In this document: one piece after another, positions 8,949 through 23,222 of the stretch
How positions within the stretch are numbered: position 1 is the first letter of the stretch
Layout of the letters: the number at the start of each line of letters is the position of its first letter
Origin: Escherichia coli
GTDB lineage: Bacteria; Pseudomonadota; Gammaproteobacteria; Enterobacterales; Enterobacteriaceae
DNA: 64,000 nucleotides
Assembly: GCF_041886205.1 (NCBI RefSeq)
Contig: NZ_CP169029.1
Strand: one strand, 5' to 3'
The notes under the pieces: model-generated
What the model saw: only the letters and a program-made list of their open reading frames with translations
Databases searched by the model: none
Told to the model about the DNA's origin: nothing
Made by a program: the position numbers and the translations under genes

Positions 8949-10199
8949 TTACATGTTCTTGATGATCGCATCACCAAATTCTGAACATTTCAGCAGTTTA
9001 GCGCCTTCCATCAGACGTTCGAAGTCATAGGTTACGGTCTTGGCGTTGATTGCGCCTTCCATACCTTTAACAATCAGGTCTGCGGCTTCAATCCAGCCCA
9101 TGTGGCGCAGCATCATCTCAGCAGAGAGGATGATAGAGCCAGGGTTTACTTTGTCCTGACCGGCATATTTCGGCGCAGTACCGTGGGTGGCTTCAAACAG
9201 GGCGCATTCGTCACCGATGTTTGCGCCAGGGGCGATACCAATACCACCAACCTGCGCTGCCAGGGCGTCAGAAATGTAGTCACCGTTCAGGTTCATACAG
9301 GCGATAACATCATATTCAGCCGGACGCAGCAGGATCTGTTGCAGGAACGCATCAGCGATCACGTCTTTAATGACGATCTCTTTGCCGGTATTCGGGTTTT
9401 TAACTTTCAGCCACGGGCCGCCGTCGATCAGTTCTCCGCCAAACTCTTCACGCGCCAGCTGGTAGCCCCAGTCTTTAAACGCGCCTTCGGTGAACTTCAT
9501 GATGTTGCCTTTGTGCACCAGGGTCACAGAGTCACGATCGTTAGCAATTGCGTATTCGATCGCTGCACGAACCAGACGTTTGGTGCCTTCTTCCGAACAC
9601 GGCTTAATACCGATACCGCAATGTTCCGGGAAGCGAATTTTCTTCACGCCCATCTCTTCACGCAGGAATTTAATCACTTTCTCGGCGTCGGCAGAGTCAG
9701 CTTTCCATTCGATACCCGCATAAATGTCTTCCGAGTTTTCACGGAAGATAACCATATCGGTCAGTTCAGGGTGTTTAACCGGGCTTGGAGTGCCCTGATA
9801 GTAACGTACCGGACGCAGGCAGATGTAGAGATCCAGTTCCTGACGCAGGGCAACGTTGAGAGAACGAATACCGCCACCAACCGGAGTGGTCAGCGGGCCT
9901 TTAATGGCAACGCGATATTCACGAATCAGATCAAGGGTTTCAGCAGGCAGCCAGACATCCTGACCATAAACCTGTGTGGATTTTTCACCGGTGTAAATTT
10001 CCATCCAGGAGATTTTACGCTCGCCTTTATAGGCTTTCTCGACTGCAGCGTCGACCACTTTCAGCATGGCTGGGGTTACATCTACACCGATTCCATCACC
10101 TTCAATGTAAGGGATAATCGGATTTTCAGGAACGTTGAGTTTGCCGTTTTGCAGGGTGATCTTCTTGCCTTGTGCCGGAACAACTACTTTACTTTCCAT
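8949..10199 (-). CDS. icd: Isocitrate dehydrogenase (NADP), native C-terminus with no e14 junction
   Basis: 416-aa [41 protein letters not shown]... Confidence 0.97.
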   Translation of the reverse strand: MESKVVVPAQGKKITLQNGKLNVPENPIIPYIEGDGIGVDVTPAMLKVVDAAVEKAYKGERKISWMEIYTGEKSTQVYGQDVWLPAETLDLIREYRVAIKGPLTTPVGGGIRSLNVALRQELDLYICLRPVRYYQGTPSPVKHPELTDMVIFRENSEDIYAGIEWKADSADAEKVIKFLREEMGVKKIRFPEHCGIGIKPCSEEGTKRLVRAAIEYAIANDRDSVTLVHKGNIMKFTEGAFKDWGYQLAREEFGGELIDGGPWLKVKNPNTGKEIVIKDVIADAFLQQILLRPAEYDVIACMNLNGDYISDALAAQVGGIGIAPGANIGDECALFEATHGTAPKYAGQDKVNPGSIILSAEMMLRHMGWIEAADLIVKGMEGAINAKTVTYDFERLMEGAKLLKCSEFGDAIIKNM

Positions 10200-10659
10200 T
10201 CACCTCTCCTTCGAGCGCTACTGGTTTGCTCGTCTGCCACCACGTTGCATATGCGTTTGCGTCCTGCGATACGGATGCTTTAGAGCAATTTTTGTTAATG
10301 ATTTGTAATTGGCTTGTCAATACTACCCTATTGTTTGCCGTCATGAAAGATGCGCGTTATTAGGCTATAATGCGGCAATTCATAATCTGTGAAAATACCA
10401 TGCAAAAAACTTCTTTTAGACCAAAGACAGTATTTTTCAGACCTTCAAATAAGGTATTAAATATCAATAATTTACACCAGATTTTAAGCAATAAAAAAAA
10501 CCACCAGAGATAACTAACAGGGTGCTATTTGGTCAAAATTTGACATTACTCGATTCAGCGACTAACTCACTTTGAGCACTATTGGGAAAATTATCAAAAG
10601 TCATGGTTGAAGCGACAAGCAACGAGTAAATTATGGCATCCACCCTTTTTGAGGTTCAC

Positions 10660-10752
10660 ATGAAACGCTTTGCACTGATAGCTGTGACACTCGTTGCCTT
10701 TACTGGTTCTAGTTCTGCATCTGCTGCAACCGAAGAAATCAACTTCAAGTAA
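10660..10752 (+). other. 30-codon mini-ORF encoding a signal-peptide-like sequence (MKRFALIAVTLVAFTGSSSASAATEEINFK), in frame with the downstream 149-aa ORF but separated by TAA and TGA stops
   Basis: GAGG 5 nt upstream of ATG; frame relationship counted from coordinates (10786-10660 = 126). Confidence 0.4.
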
Positions 10753-10785
10753 CAGAAACACTATATAACAATGAAGTGTTGAAAA

Positions 10786-11235
10786 ATGGATACTACCGAA
10801 GAACGCAATGGAACATATTTCTACAGAGGACACCCGAACCTGTCCAAAATAGAACTACTCAACGTCATATTCCTTGAAGAATTCTGTAAGGAATTGGGGA
10901 TTGATTCGGTATCAGGTGCAGCAATCTTATCTGGTCAACCTTGGCTGGGTACAAGAGCGAAGCCGCAAGGGGCAACCCTGGGAACAAGTGTTGTCTCAAA
11001 GTATGCGCGTATACTGATGAGAGATGCACGCATGCCTTTTGGTATTTCTGTTCATACACCAGTGGGGGTAAGGATGCAGAAATCTAATAAGCTTGCTGCA
11101 ATTATCGCTCGTTGGGTCCCGTGGATTGGTTGGGCTTCACTGTCGATGAGTCTTTACAGGGTTTCGACTCGTACCCAGGAAAAATACAATCTGATTGCCA
11201 AACCTCAAGACCGTATTAAGTGGACTTCCTTCTAA
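10786..11235 (+). CDS. Hypothetical protein (149 aa), hydrophobic C-terminal segment; possible remnant of a secreted protein or toxin
   Basis: Track ORF; no convincing RBS of its own; stop overlaps start of next ORF (TAATG). Confidence 0.45.
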   Translation: MDTTEERNGTYFYRGHPNLSKIELLNVIFLEEFCKELGIDSVSGAAILSGQPWLGTRAKPQGATLGTSVVSKYARILMRDARMPFGISVHTPVGVRMQKSNKLAAIIARWVPWIGWASLSMSLYRVSTRTQEKYNLIAKPQDRIKWTSF

Positions 11236-11570
11236 TGGCGACAACAATCACAGACGAAGTTTTAGCACTGTTCCGTGATGAGATTCCAGGTTATCAGGAT
11301 GACCACGGGAAGGAAATTCCGTTAGAACTGGACTCTGATTTGTTCGACTATCCACGAGATGATATAGAGGACGCTATACGGAAATACAAAGAGAGGTTTG
11401 GGATTAACCTGGATAATCTGGACTGGTCTTTGTACCTTCCGTGGGAGTCTGCACCATTGCTTCAACGATGGTTCAAGCTCAAGCGGGAAGAGGTAGAAAC
11501 AACACGTTTACCGTTAACTGTACGGATGTTTGCAGAATCAGCAGAAGCGGGAAAATGGCTGTATCAGTAG
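11235..11570 (+). CDS. Hypothetical small acidic protein (111 aa from ATG in TAATG overlap; track gives GTG start at 11220)
   Basis: Track ORF; translationally coupled to upstream ORF; hairpin and T-rich tract just downstream. Confidence 0.5.
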   Translation: MATTITDEVLALFRDEIPGYQDDHGKEIPLELDSDLFDYPRDDIEDAIRKYKERFGINLDNLDWSLYLPWESAPLLQRWFKLKREEVETTRLPLTVRMFAESAEAGKWLYQ

Positions 11571-11890
11571 AATAAAAAAGAAGGCTGCGATGCCCTTCTT
11601 ATTACTGCTGATGATGGTAGTGGTAAAGCATCATCCTGAACTTGAACAGTGAAGTGCTGTCACCCATCAGTAATACAGAAACACTATTTTTCATACCAGT
11701 ATTTATTCAATTCATCAATGTAAAATGTGTTCATTGGGCCATATTTATCACCATGCAGCCACACAACCGCTGCTCACTAACCCAGGTATTGATGAAACCG
11801 CGCTGAAGAGCCTGAACCCTGAACCTCTAATGAGTACCTTCAAAGTCCAATGCAATCCGACACTGTGCTACCCTCTGCGTATAGCTCTAT

Positions 11891-12541
11891 TTGGAATTTA
11901 CTATGAAATACTTTAGCGATTCTAAATCTTCTTTTAGAAAAAAACAGGTTAGTCGACTAAACTCGCAACACTCCACTAAGCGTAAACCTGAAAACCAGCC
12001 CACGCGGGTGATCCTGTTCAATAAACCCTACGATGTTCTTCCGCAGTTCACCGATGAAGCCGGACGCAAAACATTAAAAGAATTCATCCCGGTTCAGGGC
12101 GTTTATGCAGCAGGTCGTCTTGACCGCGATAGCGAAGGGTTACTGGTGCTGACCAATAACGGCGCGTTGCAGGCGCGTTTAACCCAGCCGGGTAAACGCA
12201 CCGGAAAAATCTATTATGTGCAGGTGGAAGGTATTCCCACACAAGACGCACTTGAAGCCTTGCGCAATGGCGTAACCTTAAATGATGGCCCTACCCTGCC
12301 CGCAGGCGCGGAGCTGGTTGACGAACCCGCGTGGTTATGGCCGCGGAATCCACCAATTCGTGAACGCAAAAGTATTCCCACCAGCTGGCTAAAGATCACC
12401 TTATATGAAGGACGTAATCGCCAGGTGCGCCGCATGACCGCCCATGTTGGTTTCCCCACGCTGCGACTGATTCGCTATGCGATGGGTGATTACTCTTTGG
12501 ATAATCTTGCCAATGGCGAATGGCGAGAAGCGACAGATTAA
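11891..12541 (+). CDS. rluE: 23S rRNA pseudouridine synthase RluE
   Basis: 216-aa ORF; exact start uncertain (alternative ATG at 11903). Confidence 0.9.
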   Translation: MEFTMKYFSDSKSSFRKKQVSRLNSQHSTKRKPENQPTRVILFNKPYDVLPQFTDEAGRKTLKEFIPVQGVYAAGRLDRDSEGLLVLTNNGALQARLTQPGKRTGKIYYVQVEGIPTQDALEALRNGVTLNDGPTLPAGAELVDEPAWLWPRNPPIRERKSIPTSWLKITLYEGRNRQVRRMTAHVGFPTLRLIRYAMGDYSLDNLANGEWREATD

Positions 12542-12550
12542 GGATGCAAA

Positions 12551-14172
<1,622 letters not shown>

Positions 14173-14207
14173 TTATTATCTTTACTTAAAACAAGGAAGC
14201 AGTGAAC

Positions 14208-14849
14208 GTGGCAAAGAATTACTATGACATCACCCTCGCCCTGGCCGGTATTTGTCAGTCGGCACGCCTGGTGCAACAACTCGCTCACCAGGGGCATTGT
14301 GATGCCGATGCGCTACACGTCTCACTTAACAGTATTATTGATATGAACCCCAGCTCGACGCTGGCGGTTTTTGGCGGTAGTGAAGCCAACCTGCGCGTCG
14401 GGCTGGAAACCTTGCTCGGCGTGCTCAATGCCAGCAGTCGCCAGGGCTTAAACGCCGAATTAACCCGCTACACACTCAGTCTGATGGTGCTTGAGCGCAA
14501 ACTCTCCTCAGCGAAAGGTGCGCTCGACACTCTGGGCAACCGGATCAACGGCCTGCAACGCCAGCTCGAACACTTCGATTTACAGTCCGAAACGCTGATG
14601 AGCGCGATGGCTGCTATCTATGTTGATGTGATTAGCCCGCTTGGCCCGCGCATTCAGGTCACCGGTTCCCCTGCTGTACTGCAAAGCCCACAAGTGCAGG
14701 CGAAAGTTCGCGCAACCCTGCTGGCAGGCATTCGCGCCGCCGTGCTCTGGCACCAGGTCGGCGGCGGACGTCTGCAACTGATGTTTTCTCGTAATCGCCT
14801 GACCACTCAGGCAAAACAAATTCTTGCTCATTTAACCCCGGAGTTGTGA
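14208..14849 (+). CDS. hflD: HflD lysogenisation regulator
   Basis: ORF; synteny; probable GTG start. Confidence 0.85.
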   Translation: MAKNYYDITLALAGICQSARLVQQLAHQGHCDADALHVSLNSIIDMNPSSTLAVFGGSEANLRVGLETLLGVLNASSRQGLNAELTRYTLSLMVLERKLSSAKGALDTLGNRINGLQRQLEHFDLQSETLMSAMAAIYVDVISPLGPRIQVTGSPAVLQSPQVQAKVRATLLAGIRAAVLWHQVGGGRLQLMFSRNRLTTQAKQILAHLTPEL

Positions 14850-16223
<1,374 letters not shown>

Positions 16224-16313
16224 ACCTCGTATCAGTGCCGGATGGCGATGCTGTCCGGCCTGCTTATTAAGATTATCCGCTTTTTATTTTTTCACTTTAC
16301 CTCCCCTCCCCGC

Positions 16314-16331
16314 TGGTTTATTTAATGTTTA
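16314..16331 (+). promoter_or_regulatory. PhoP box direct repeat (TGGTTTA-TTTAA-TGTTTA) in phoPQ promoter
   Basis: Matches (T/G)GTTTA-N5-(T/G)GTTTA consensus; about 60 bp upstream of phoP. Confidence 0.7.
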
Positions 16332-16391
16332 CCCCCATAACCACATAATCGCGTTACACTATTTTAATAATTAAGACAGGGAGAAATAAAA

Positions 16392-17063
16392 ATGCGCGTA
16401 CTGGTTGTTGAAGACAATGCGTTGTTACGTCACCACCTTAAAGTTCAGATTCAGGATGCTGGTCATCAGGTCGATGACGCAGAAGATGCCAAAGAAGCCG
16501 ATTATTATCTCAATGAACATATACCGGATATTGCGATTGTCGATCTCGGATTGCCAGACGAGGACGGTCTGTCACTGATTCGCCGCTGGCGTAGCAACGA
16601 TGTTTCACTGCCGATTCTGGTATTAACCGCCCGTGAAAGCTGGCAGGACAAAGTCGAAGTATTAAGTGCCGGTGCTGATGATTATGTGACTAAACCGTTT
16701 CATATTGAAGAGGTGATGGCGCGAATGCAGGCATTAATGCGGCGTAATAGCGGTCTGGCTTCACAGGTCATTTCGCTCCCCCCGTTTCAGGTTGATCTCT
16801 CTCGCCGTGAATTATCTATTAATGACGAAGTGATCAAACTGACCGCGTTCGAATACACCATTATGGAAACGTTGATACGCAATAATGGCAAAGTGGTGAG
16901 CAAAGATTCGTTAATGCTACAACTCTATCCGGATGCGGAGCTGCGGGAAAGCCATACCATTGATGTACTGATGGGACGTCTGCGCAAAAAAATTCAGGCA
17001 CAATATCCGCAAGAAGTGATTACCACCGTTCGCGGCCAGGGCTATCTGTTCGAATTGCGCTGA
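16392..17063 (+). CDS. phoP: Response regulator PhoP
   Basis: 223-aa [19 protein letters not shown]... Confidence 0.97.
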   Translation: MRVLVVEDNALLRHHLKVQIQDAGHQVDDAEDAKEADYYLNEHIPDIAIVDLGLPDEDGLSLIRRWRSNDVSLPILVLTARESWQDKVEVLSAGADDYVTKPFHIEEVMARMQALMRRNSGLASQVISLPPFQVDLSRRELSINDEVIKLTAFEYTIMETLIRNNGKVVSKDSLMLQLYPDAELRESHTIDVLMGRLRKKIQAQYPQEVITTVRGQGYLFELR

Positions 17064-18523
17064 TGAAAAAATTACTGCGTCTTTTTTTCCCGCTCTCGCT
17101 GCGGGTACGTTTTCTGTTGGCAACGGCAGCGGTAGTACTGGTGCTTTCGCTTGCCTACGGAATGGTCGCGCTGATCGGTTATAGCGTCAGTTTCGATAAA
17201 ACTACGTTTCGGCTGTTACGTGGCGAAAGCAATCTGTTCTATACCCTTGCGAAGTGGGAAAACAATAAGTTGCATGTCGAGTTACCAGAAAATATCGACA
17301 AGCAAAGCCCCACCATGACGCTAATTTATGATGAGAACGGGCAGCTTTTATGGGCGCAACGTGACGTGCCCTGGCTGATGAAGATGATCCAGCCTGACTG
17401 GCTGAAATCGAATGGTTTTCATGAAATTGAAGCGGATGTTAACGATACCAGCCTCTTGCTGAGTGGAGATCATTCGATACAGCAACAGTTGCAGGAAGTG
17501 CGGGAAGATGACGACGACGCGGAGATGACCCACTCGGTGGCAGTAAACGTCTACCCGGCAACATCGCGGATGCCAAAATTAACCATTGTGGTGGTGGATA
17601 CCATTCCGGTGGAGCTAAAAAGTTCCTATATGGTCTGGAGCTGGTTTATCTATGTGCTCTCAGCCAATCTGCTGTTAGTGATCCCGCTGCTGTGGGTCGC
17701 CGCCTGGTGGAGTTTACGCCCCATCGAAGCCCTGGCAAAAGAAGTCCGCGAACTGGAAGAACATAACCGCGAATTGCTCAATCCAGCCACAACGCGAGAA
17801 CTGACCAGTCTGGTACGAAACCTGAACCGATTGTTAAAAAGTGAACGCGAACGTTACGACAAATACCGTACGACGCTCACCGACCTGACCCATAGTCTGA
17901 AAACGCCACTGGCGGTGCTGCAAAGTACGCTGCGTTCTCTGCGTAGTGAAAAGATGAGCGTCAGTGATGCTGAACCGGTAATGCTGGAGCAAATCAGCCG
18001 CATTTCACAGCAAATTGGCTACTACCTGCATCGTGCCAGTATGCGCGGCGGGACATTGCTTAGCCGCGAGCTGCATCCGGTCGCCCCACTGCTGGACAAT
18101 CTCACCTCGGCGCTGAACAAAGTGTATCAACGCAAAGGGGTCAATATCTCTCTCGATATTTCGCCAGAGATCAGCTTTGTCGGTGAGCAGAACGATTTTG
18201 TCGAGGTGATGGGCAATCTGCTGGATAATGCCTGTAAATATTGCCTCGAGTTTGTCGAAATTTCTGCAAGGCAAACCGACGAGCATCTCTATATTGTGGT
18301 CGAGGATGATGGACCCGGTATTCCATTAAGCAAGCGAGAGGTCATTTTCGACCGTGGTCAACGGGTTGATACTTTACGCCCTGGGCAAGGTGTAGGGCTG
18401 GCGGTAGCCCGCGAAATCACCGAGCAATATGAGGGTAAAATCGTCGCCGGAGAGAGCATGCTGGGCGGTGCGCGGATGGAGGTGATTTTTGGTCGCCAGC
18501 ATTCTGCGCCGAAAGATGAATAA
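17063..18523 (+). CDS. phoQ: Sensor histidine kinase PhoQ
   Basis: 486-aa ORF; ATGA overlap with phoP. Confidence 0.97.
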   Translation: MKKLLRLFFPLSLRVRFLLATAAVVLVLSLAYGMVALIGYSVSFDKTTFRLLRGESNLFYTLAKWENNKLHVELPENIDKQSPTMTLIYDENGQLLWAQRDVPWLMKMIQPDWLKSNGFHEIEADVNDTSLLLSGDHSIQQQLQEVREDDDDAEMTHSVAVNVYPATSRMPKLTIVVVDTIPVELKSSYMVWSWFIYVLSANLLLVIPLLWVAAWWSLRPIEALAKEVRELEEHNRELLNPATTRELTSLVRNLNRLLKSERERYDKYRTTLTDLTHSLKTPLAVLQSTLRSLRSEKMSVSDAEPVMLEQISRISQQIGYYLHRASMRGGTLLSRELHPVAPLLDNLTSALNKVYQRKGVNISLDISPEISFVGEQNDFVEVMGNLLDNACKYCLEFVEISARQTDEHLYIVVEDDGPGIPLSKREVIFDRGQRVDTLRPGQGVGLAVAREITEQYEGKIVAGESMLGGARMEVIFGRQHSAPKDE

Positions 18524-18598
18524 ATATGTCCATACTTCACGCATTACGTTAAGCATCCGTTATAATCGGTTGCAGATACCAGCCTGTGGATGCTTAAC

Positions 18599-19720
18599 AT
18601 GGAATACCAACTCACTCTTAACTGGCCCGATTTTCTTGAACGTCACTGGCAGAAACGCCCGGTGGTGTTAAAACGCGGCTTTAATAATTTTATTGACCCG
18701 ATCTCTCCAGACGAGTTGGCGGGTCTGGCGATGGAAAGCGAAGTCGACAGTCGACTGGTCAGTCACCAGGATGGCAAATGGCAGGTCAGCCACGGTCCGT
18801 TCGAAAGCTACGATCATCTCGGTGAAACTAACTGGTCATTGTTAGTGCAAGCAGTAAATCACTGGCATGAGCCGACCGCCGCGCTGATGCGACCGTTCCG
18901 TGAACTACCGGACTGGCGTATTGATGATCTGATGATCTCTTTTTCTGTACCTGGCGGCGGCGTCGGCCCGCATCTCGATCAGTACGACGTGTTTATCATT
19001 CAGGGTACCGGACGTCGTCGCTGGCGAGTGGGCGAAAAGCTGCAAATGAAACAGCACTGCCCACACCCGGATCTGTTACAGGTCGATCCGTTCGAAGCCA
19101 TCATCGATGAAGAGCTGGAGCCTGGCGATATTCTTTATATTCCGCCAGGATTCCCGCATGAAGGCTACGCGCTGGAAAATGCGATGAACTATTCCGTGGG
19201 TTTTCGCGCGCCAAATACGCGGGAATTAATTAGCGGATTTGCCGATTATGTGCTGCAACGTGAACTGGGCGGCAACTACTACAGCGATCCTGATGTTCCA
19301 CCTCGCGCTCATCCTGCGGACGTTCTGCCGCAAGAGATGGATAAACTGCGTGAGATGATGCTCGAATTGATCAACCAGCCGGAACACTTTAAGCAATGGT
19401 TTGGCGAGTTTATATCCCAGTCACGTCATGAACTGGATATCGCGCCGCCAGAGCCGCCTTATCAGCCGGATGAAATCTACGATGCGCTGAAACAAGGTGA
19501 TGTGCTGGTGCGCCTTGGTGGTCTGCGCGTATTGCGCATTGGCGACGACGTGTATGCCAATGGTGAGAAGATCGATTCCCCGCACCGTCCGGCACTGGAT
19601 GCACTCGCCAGCAACATTGCGCTGACTGCGGAGAATTTTGGCGATGCGCTGGAAGATCCGTCATTCCTCGCGATGCTCGCGACGCTGGTCAATAGCGGGT
19701 ATTGGTTCTTCGAAGGGTAA
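18599..19720 (+). CDS. roxA: Ribosomal protein oxygenase RoxA (YcfD), JmjC/cupin
   Basis: ORF; synteny. Confidence 0.85.
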   Translation: MEYQLTLNWPDFLERHWQKRPVVLKRGFNNFIDPISPDELAGLAMESEVDSRLVSHQDGKWQVSHGPFESYDHLGETNWSLLVQAVNHWHEPTAALMRPFRELPDWRIDDLMISFSVPGGGVGPHLDQYDVFIIQGTGRRRWRVGEKLQMKQHCPHPDLLQVDPFEAIIDEELEPGDILYIPPGFPHEGYALENAMNYSVGFRAPNTRELISGFADYVLQRELGGNYYSDPDVPPRAHPADVLPQEMDKLREMMLELINQPEHFKQWFGEFISQSRHELDIAPPEPPYQPDEIYDALKQGDVLVRLGGLRVLRIGDDVYANGEKIDSPHRPALDALASNIALTAENFGDALEDPSFLAMLATLVNSGYWFFEG

Positions 19721-19768
19721 GTTTGGATTTAAGCCGGATGCGGCATCACATGCCGCATCCCTTTTCGC

Positions 19769-20995
19769 TTACTTCCGTTGCGCCGTTAACTCGGCAATAC
19801 GGACGATCACCTGCACCGCTTTTTCCATACCTTCCAGAGTCACAAACTCATGCTTACCATGATAGTTGTAACCGCCAGTGAACAGGTTCGGGCACGGTAA
19901 TCCCATAAACGACAACTGCGCGCCGTCGGTACCGCCGCGGATCGGTTTCAGTTCCGGTTCAATATCGCAGTCACGCATCGCCTGCTGGGCGATATCGAGA
20001 ATATGCGGATGCTCAACCACTTTCTCGCGCATATTGTAGTAACTGTCTTCAATCACCAGTTCAATGTAGCAATCAGGATGTAACCCTTTGCCCACTTTTT
20101 TGGCGATCTCCATCATTTTACGTTTACGCGCTTCAAACTGTTTACGGTCGAAATCACGGATGATGTAGTGCATATCGGCTCGGTCAACGGTGCCTTTCAT
20201 GCTCGCCAGGTGATAGAAACCTTCATAGCCTTCTGTCATTTCCGGGCTTTCATCCGCCGGAACTTCCGCATGAATACGTGCCGCCAGCGACAGCGCATTT
20301 ACCATCACTCCTTTCGCCGTGCCCGGATGAACATTGTTACCGACAATTTTGATATTGACCGATGCGGCGTTGAAGTTTTCAAACTCCAGTTCGCCTACGC
20401 CACCACCGTCAACAGTGTAAGCCCAGCGGGCATCGAAGGCATCAACATCAAAATGTTTCGCCCCTTTGCCCACTTCTTCATCCGGGGTAAAGGCGACGCG
20501 AATATCACCATGCGGAATGTTTTTCTGTTGCAATACCGCCAGCGCGGTCATGATTTCTGCAATACCGGCTTTGTCATCGGCACCTAACAAGGTTTTACCA
20601 TCGGTGGTAATCAACGTCTGACCCAGTAGCTGATGCAGCACCGGGAACATAACCGGTGATAAAACTTCATCGCCGATACCCAGCGCAATATCGCCACCGC
20701 GATAGTTTTCAACAATTTGCGGATTAACATTTTTGCCGCTGCAATCCGGTGAGGTATCCACATGAGAAATAAAGCCAATCGCCGGGATATCGCCAGGGAC
20801 GTTAGCCGGTAACGTCGCCATCAAAGTGCCCTTCTCACTTAAGGTCACATTGATAAGCCCCATTTCTTCGAGCTGCTCTTTCAGCAGATGCAATAACTTC
20901 CATTGGCCTTCCGTGCTGGGAACCTGTCTCACCCCTGCTTTTGATTGGGTATCCAGAGACACGTAGTTCAAAAATCGCTCAAGTAGTTTATCCAT
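19769..20995 (-). CDS. pepT: Peptidase T
   Basis: ORF; 408 aa from internal Met [12 protein letters not shown]. Confidence 0.93.
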   Translation of the reverse strand: MDKLLERFLNYVSLDTQSKAGVRQVPSTEGQWKLLHLLKEQLEEMGLINVTLSEKGTLMATLPANVPGDIPAIGFISHVDTSPDCSGKNVNPQIVENYRGGDIALGIGDEVLSPVMFPVLHQLLGQTLITTDGKTLLGADDKAGIAEIMTALAVLQQKNIPHGDIRVAFTPDEEVGKGAKHFDVDAFDARWAYTVDGGGVGELEFENFNAASVNIKIVGNNVHPGTAKGVMVNALSLAARIHAEVPADESPEMTEGYEGFYHLASMKGTVDRADMHYIIRDFDRKQFEARKRKMMEIAKKVGKGLHPDCYIELVIEDSYYNMREKVVEHPHILDIAQQAMRDCDIEPELKPIRGGTDGAQLSFMGLPCPNLFTGGYNYHGKHEFVTLEGMEKAVQVIVRIAELTAQRK

Positions 20996-21244
20996 GTAGT
21001 CACCCTCACTTTTTGTGACAACATTATTAAGAAGCAAGAAAAGACAAATATTGCGTCAGGTCACTTTTACCCCTGCAAGCGGGAATATTTATCAGCATTA
21101 CCTTAATGAATATAAAGCTAAGCCAGTAATTCACAACAAAGATTGGCGATTCAAGCGGTTTGCCGTAGAATTACCGCCCTCATTAAGAGTCACCAAGGTG
21201 GTTAACCACAAACCCCGCATCGGTAAGCCATCCGTTGCGTTTAC

Positions 21245-22381
21245 ATGGGACAGAGTAAAAAATTGAATAAACAACCGAGTTCGCTTTCACCGCTGGTGCA
21301 ATTGGCGGGAATTCGCAAATGCTTTGATGGTAAAGAGGTCATTCCCCAGCTGGATCTGACTATCAACAATGGCGAGTTCCTCACGCTGCTTGGCCCTTCT
21401 GGCTGCGGTAAAACAACCGTTCTTCGCCTGATTGCAGGTCTGGAAACTGTTGATTCCGGACGCATCATGCTGGATAACGAGGACATCACCCACGTTCCGG
21501 CGGAAAACCGCTATGTGAACACTGTTTTCCAAAGCTACGCACTTTTCCCCCACATGACCGTGTTCGAAAATGTGGCCTTTGGGTTGCGCATGCAAAAAAC
21601 CCCCGCTGCTGAAATTACGCCCCGCGTGATGGAAGCCCTGCGGATGGTGCAACTGGAAACCTTCGCTCAACGTAAACCGCATCAGCTCTCTGGTGGTCAA
21701 CAGCAACGCGTCGCCATTGCTCGCGCGGTGGTTAACAAGCCTCGTCTGTTGTTGCTGGATGAGTCGCTCTCAGCGCTGGATTACAAACTGCGTAAGCAAA
21801 TGCAGAACGAGCTGAAAGCGTTACAGCGTAAGCTTGGTATTACCTTCGTCTTTGTCACTCACGATCAGGAAGAAGCGCTCACCATGTCAGACAGGATTGT
21901 GGTGATGCGCGAGGGTCGTATTGAGCAAGATGGTACACCGCGCGAAATTTACGAAGAGCCGAAAAACCTGTTTGTTGCCGGCTTCATTGGCGAAATCAAT
22001 ATGTTTAACGCCACTGTCATCGAACGTCTAGACGAGCAGCGCGTACGCGCCAACGTTGAAGGCCGCGAATGTAATATCTACGTTAACTTCGCCGTTGAAC
22101 CGGGGCAAAAACTGCATGTTCTGCTGCGCCCGGAAGACTTACGTGTTGAAGAGATTAACGACGACAACCACGCTGAAGGGCTGATTGGTTACGTTCGTGA
22201 GCGTAACTACAAAGGCATGACGCTGGAGTCGGTTGTTGAACTGGAAAATGGCAAGATGGTGATGGTCAGCGAATTCTTCAATGAAGACGACCCTGACTTT
22301 GACCACTCTCTCGACCAAAAAATGGCCATTAATTGGGTAGAAAGCTGGGAGGTCGTACTGGCTGATGAAGAACACAAGTAA
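21245..22381 (+). CDS. potA: Spermidine/putrescine ABC transporter ATPase PotA
   Basis: Walker [10 protein letters not shown]; 378 aa. Confidence 0.95.
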   Translation: MGQSKKLNKQPSSLSPLVQLAGIRKCFDGKEVIPQLDLTINNGEFLTLLGPSGCGKTTVLRLIAGLETVDSGRIMLDNEDITHVPAENRYVNTVFQSYALFPHMTVFENVAFGLRMQKTPAAEITPRVMEALRMVQLETFAQRKPHQLSGGQQQRVAIARAVVNKPRLLLLDESLSALDYKLRKQMQNELKALQRKLGITFVFVTHDQEEALTMSDRIVVMREGRIEQDGTPREIYEEPKNLFVAGFIGEINMFNATVIERLDEQRVRANVEGRECNIYVNFAVEPGQKLHVLLRPEDLRVEEINDDNHAEGLIGYVRERNYKGMTLESVVELENGKMVMVSEFFNEDDPDFDHSLDQKMAINWVESWEVVLADEEHK

Positions 22382-23222
22382 GTTCCAGAATGTAGTGATT
22401 GTCACTATTGTCGGTTGGCTTGTGTTGTTTGTCTTTCTGCCCAACCTGATGATCATTGGCACCAGCTTTTTGACCCGCGACGACGCCAGTTTCGTCAAAA
22501 TGGTCTTTACGCTGGATAACTACACGCGTCTGCTCGATCCGCTCTATTTTGAAGTGCTATTGCACTCGCTGAATATGGCGCTGATCGCCACCCTCGCCTG
22601 CCTGGTGCTGGGCTACCCGTTTGCCTGGTTTCTGGCGAAGCTGCCACACAAGGTGCGTCCGCTGCTGCTGTTTCTGCTGATTGTTCCCTTCTGGACCAAC
22701 TCACTGATTCGCATCTACGGGCTGAAAATTTTCCTCAGCACCAAAGGCTATCTCAACGAGTTTTTGCTCTGGCTGGGCGTTATCGACACACCAATCCGTA
22801 TCATGTTCACGCCCAGTGCGGTGATTATCGGTCTGGTTTACATTCTGCTGCCGTTTATGGTGATGCCGCTGTACTCCAGTATTGAAAAACTGGATAAGCC
22901 GTTGCTTGAGGCGGCGCGCGATCTCGGTGCCAGCAAGTTACAGACTTTTATCCGTATCATTATTCCACTGACGATGCCGGGAATTATTGCCGGATGTCTG
23001 CTGGTGATGCTGCCAGCGATGGGCCTGTTCTATGTATCCGACCTGATGGGCGGTGCGAAAAACCTGCTGATCGGTAACGTCATCAAGGTACAGTTCCTCA
23101 ATATTCGTGACTGGCCATTTGGTGCAGCCACCAGCATTACGCTGACTATCGTAATGGGCCTGATGTTGCTGGTTTACTGGCGCGCTTCTCGTTTGCTGAA
23201 TAAGAAGGTGGAACTGGAATGA
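22365..23222 (+). CDS. potB: Spermidine/putrescine ABC permease PotB
   Basis: ORF; operon order. Confidence 0.93.
   Translation: MKNTSKFQNVVIVTIVGWLVLFVFLPNLMIIGTSFLTRDDASFVKMVFTLDNYTRLLDPLYFEVLLHSLNMALIATLACLVLGYPFAWFLAKLPHKVRPLLLFLLIVPFWTNSLIRIYGLKIFLSTKGYLNEFLLWLGVIDTPIRIMFTPSAVIIGLVYILLPFMVMPLYSSIEKLDKPLLEAARDLGASKLQTFIRIIIPLTMPGIIAGCLLVMLPAMGLFYVSDLMGGAKNLLIGNVIKVQFLNIRDWPFGAATSITLTIVMGLMLLVYWRASRLLNKKVELE

Noticed and set aside
8949-10199. e14 prophage junction within icd
   Set aside because: icd runs to a native C-terminus and terminator with no integrase or phage genes nearby; e14 is absent, not present.
9102-10283. 393-aa plus-strand ORF
   Set aside because: Lies entirely antisense to icd, a highly conserved gene; an open-frame artefact.
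10399-10515. Short ORF MQKTSFRPKTVFF... upstream of the cassette
   Set aside because: An 11-bp match (CTTCTTTTAGA) to the rluE 5' end is too short to support a duplication; no RBS.
10786-11235. Possible ADP-ribosyltransferase (cholera/pertussis-toxin-like) identity for the 149-aa ORF
   Set aside because: Only loose resemblance to the aromatic-Arg, S-T-S and Q/E-x-E motifs (FYRGH, GTSVV, TQEK); spacing does not match convincingly and the downstream gene is not a B-subunit-like secreted protein. Left as unknown function.
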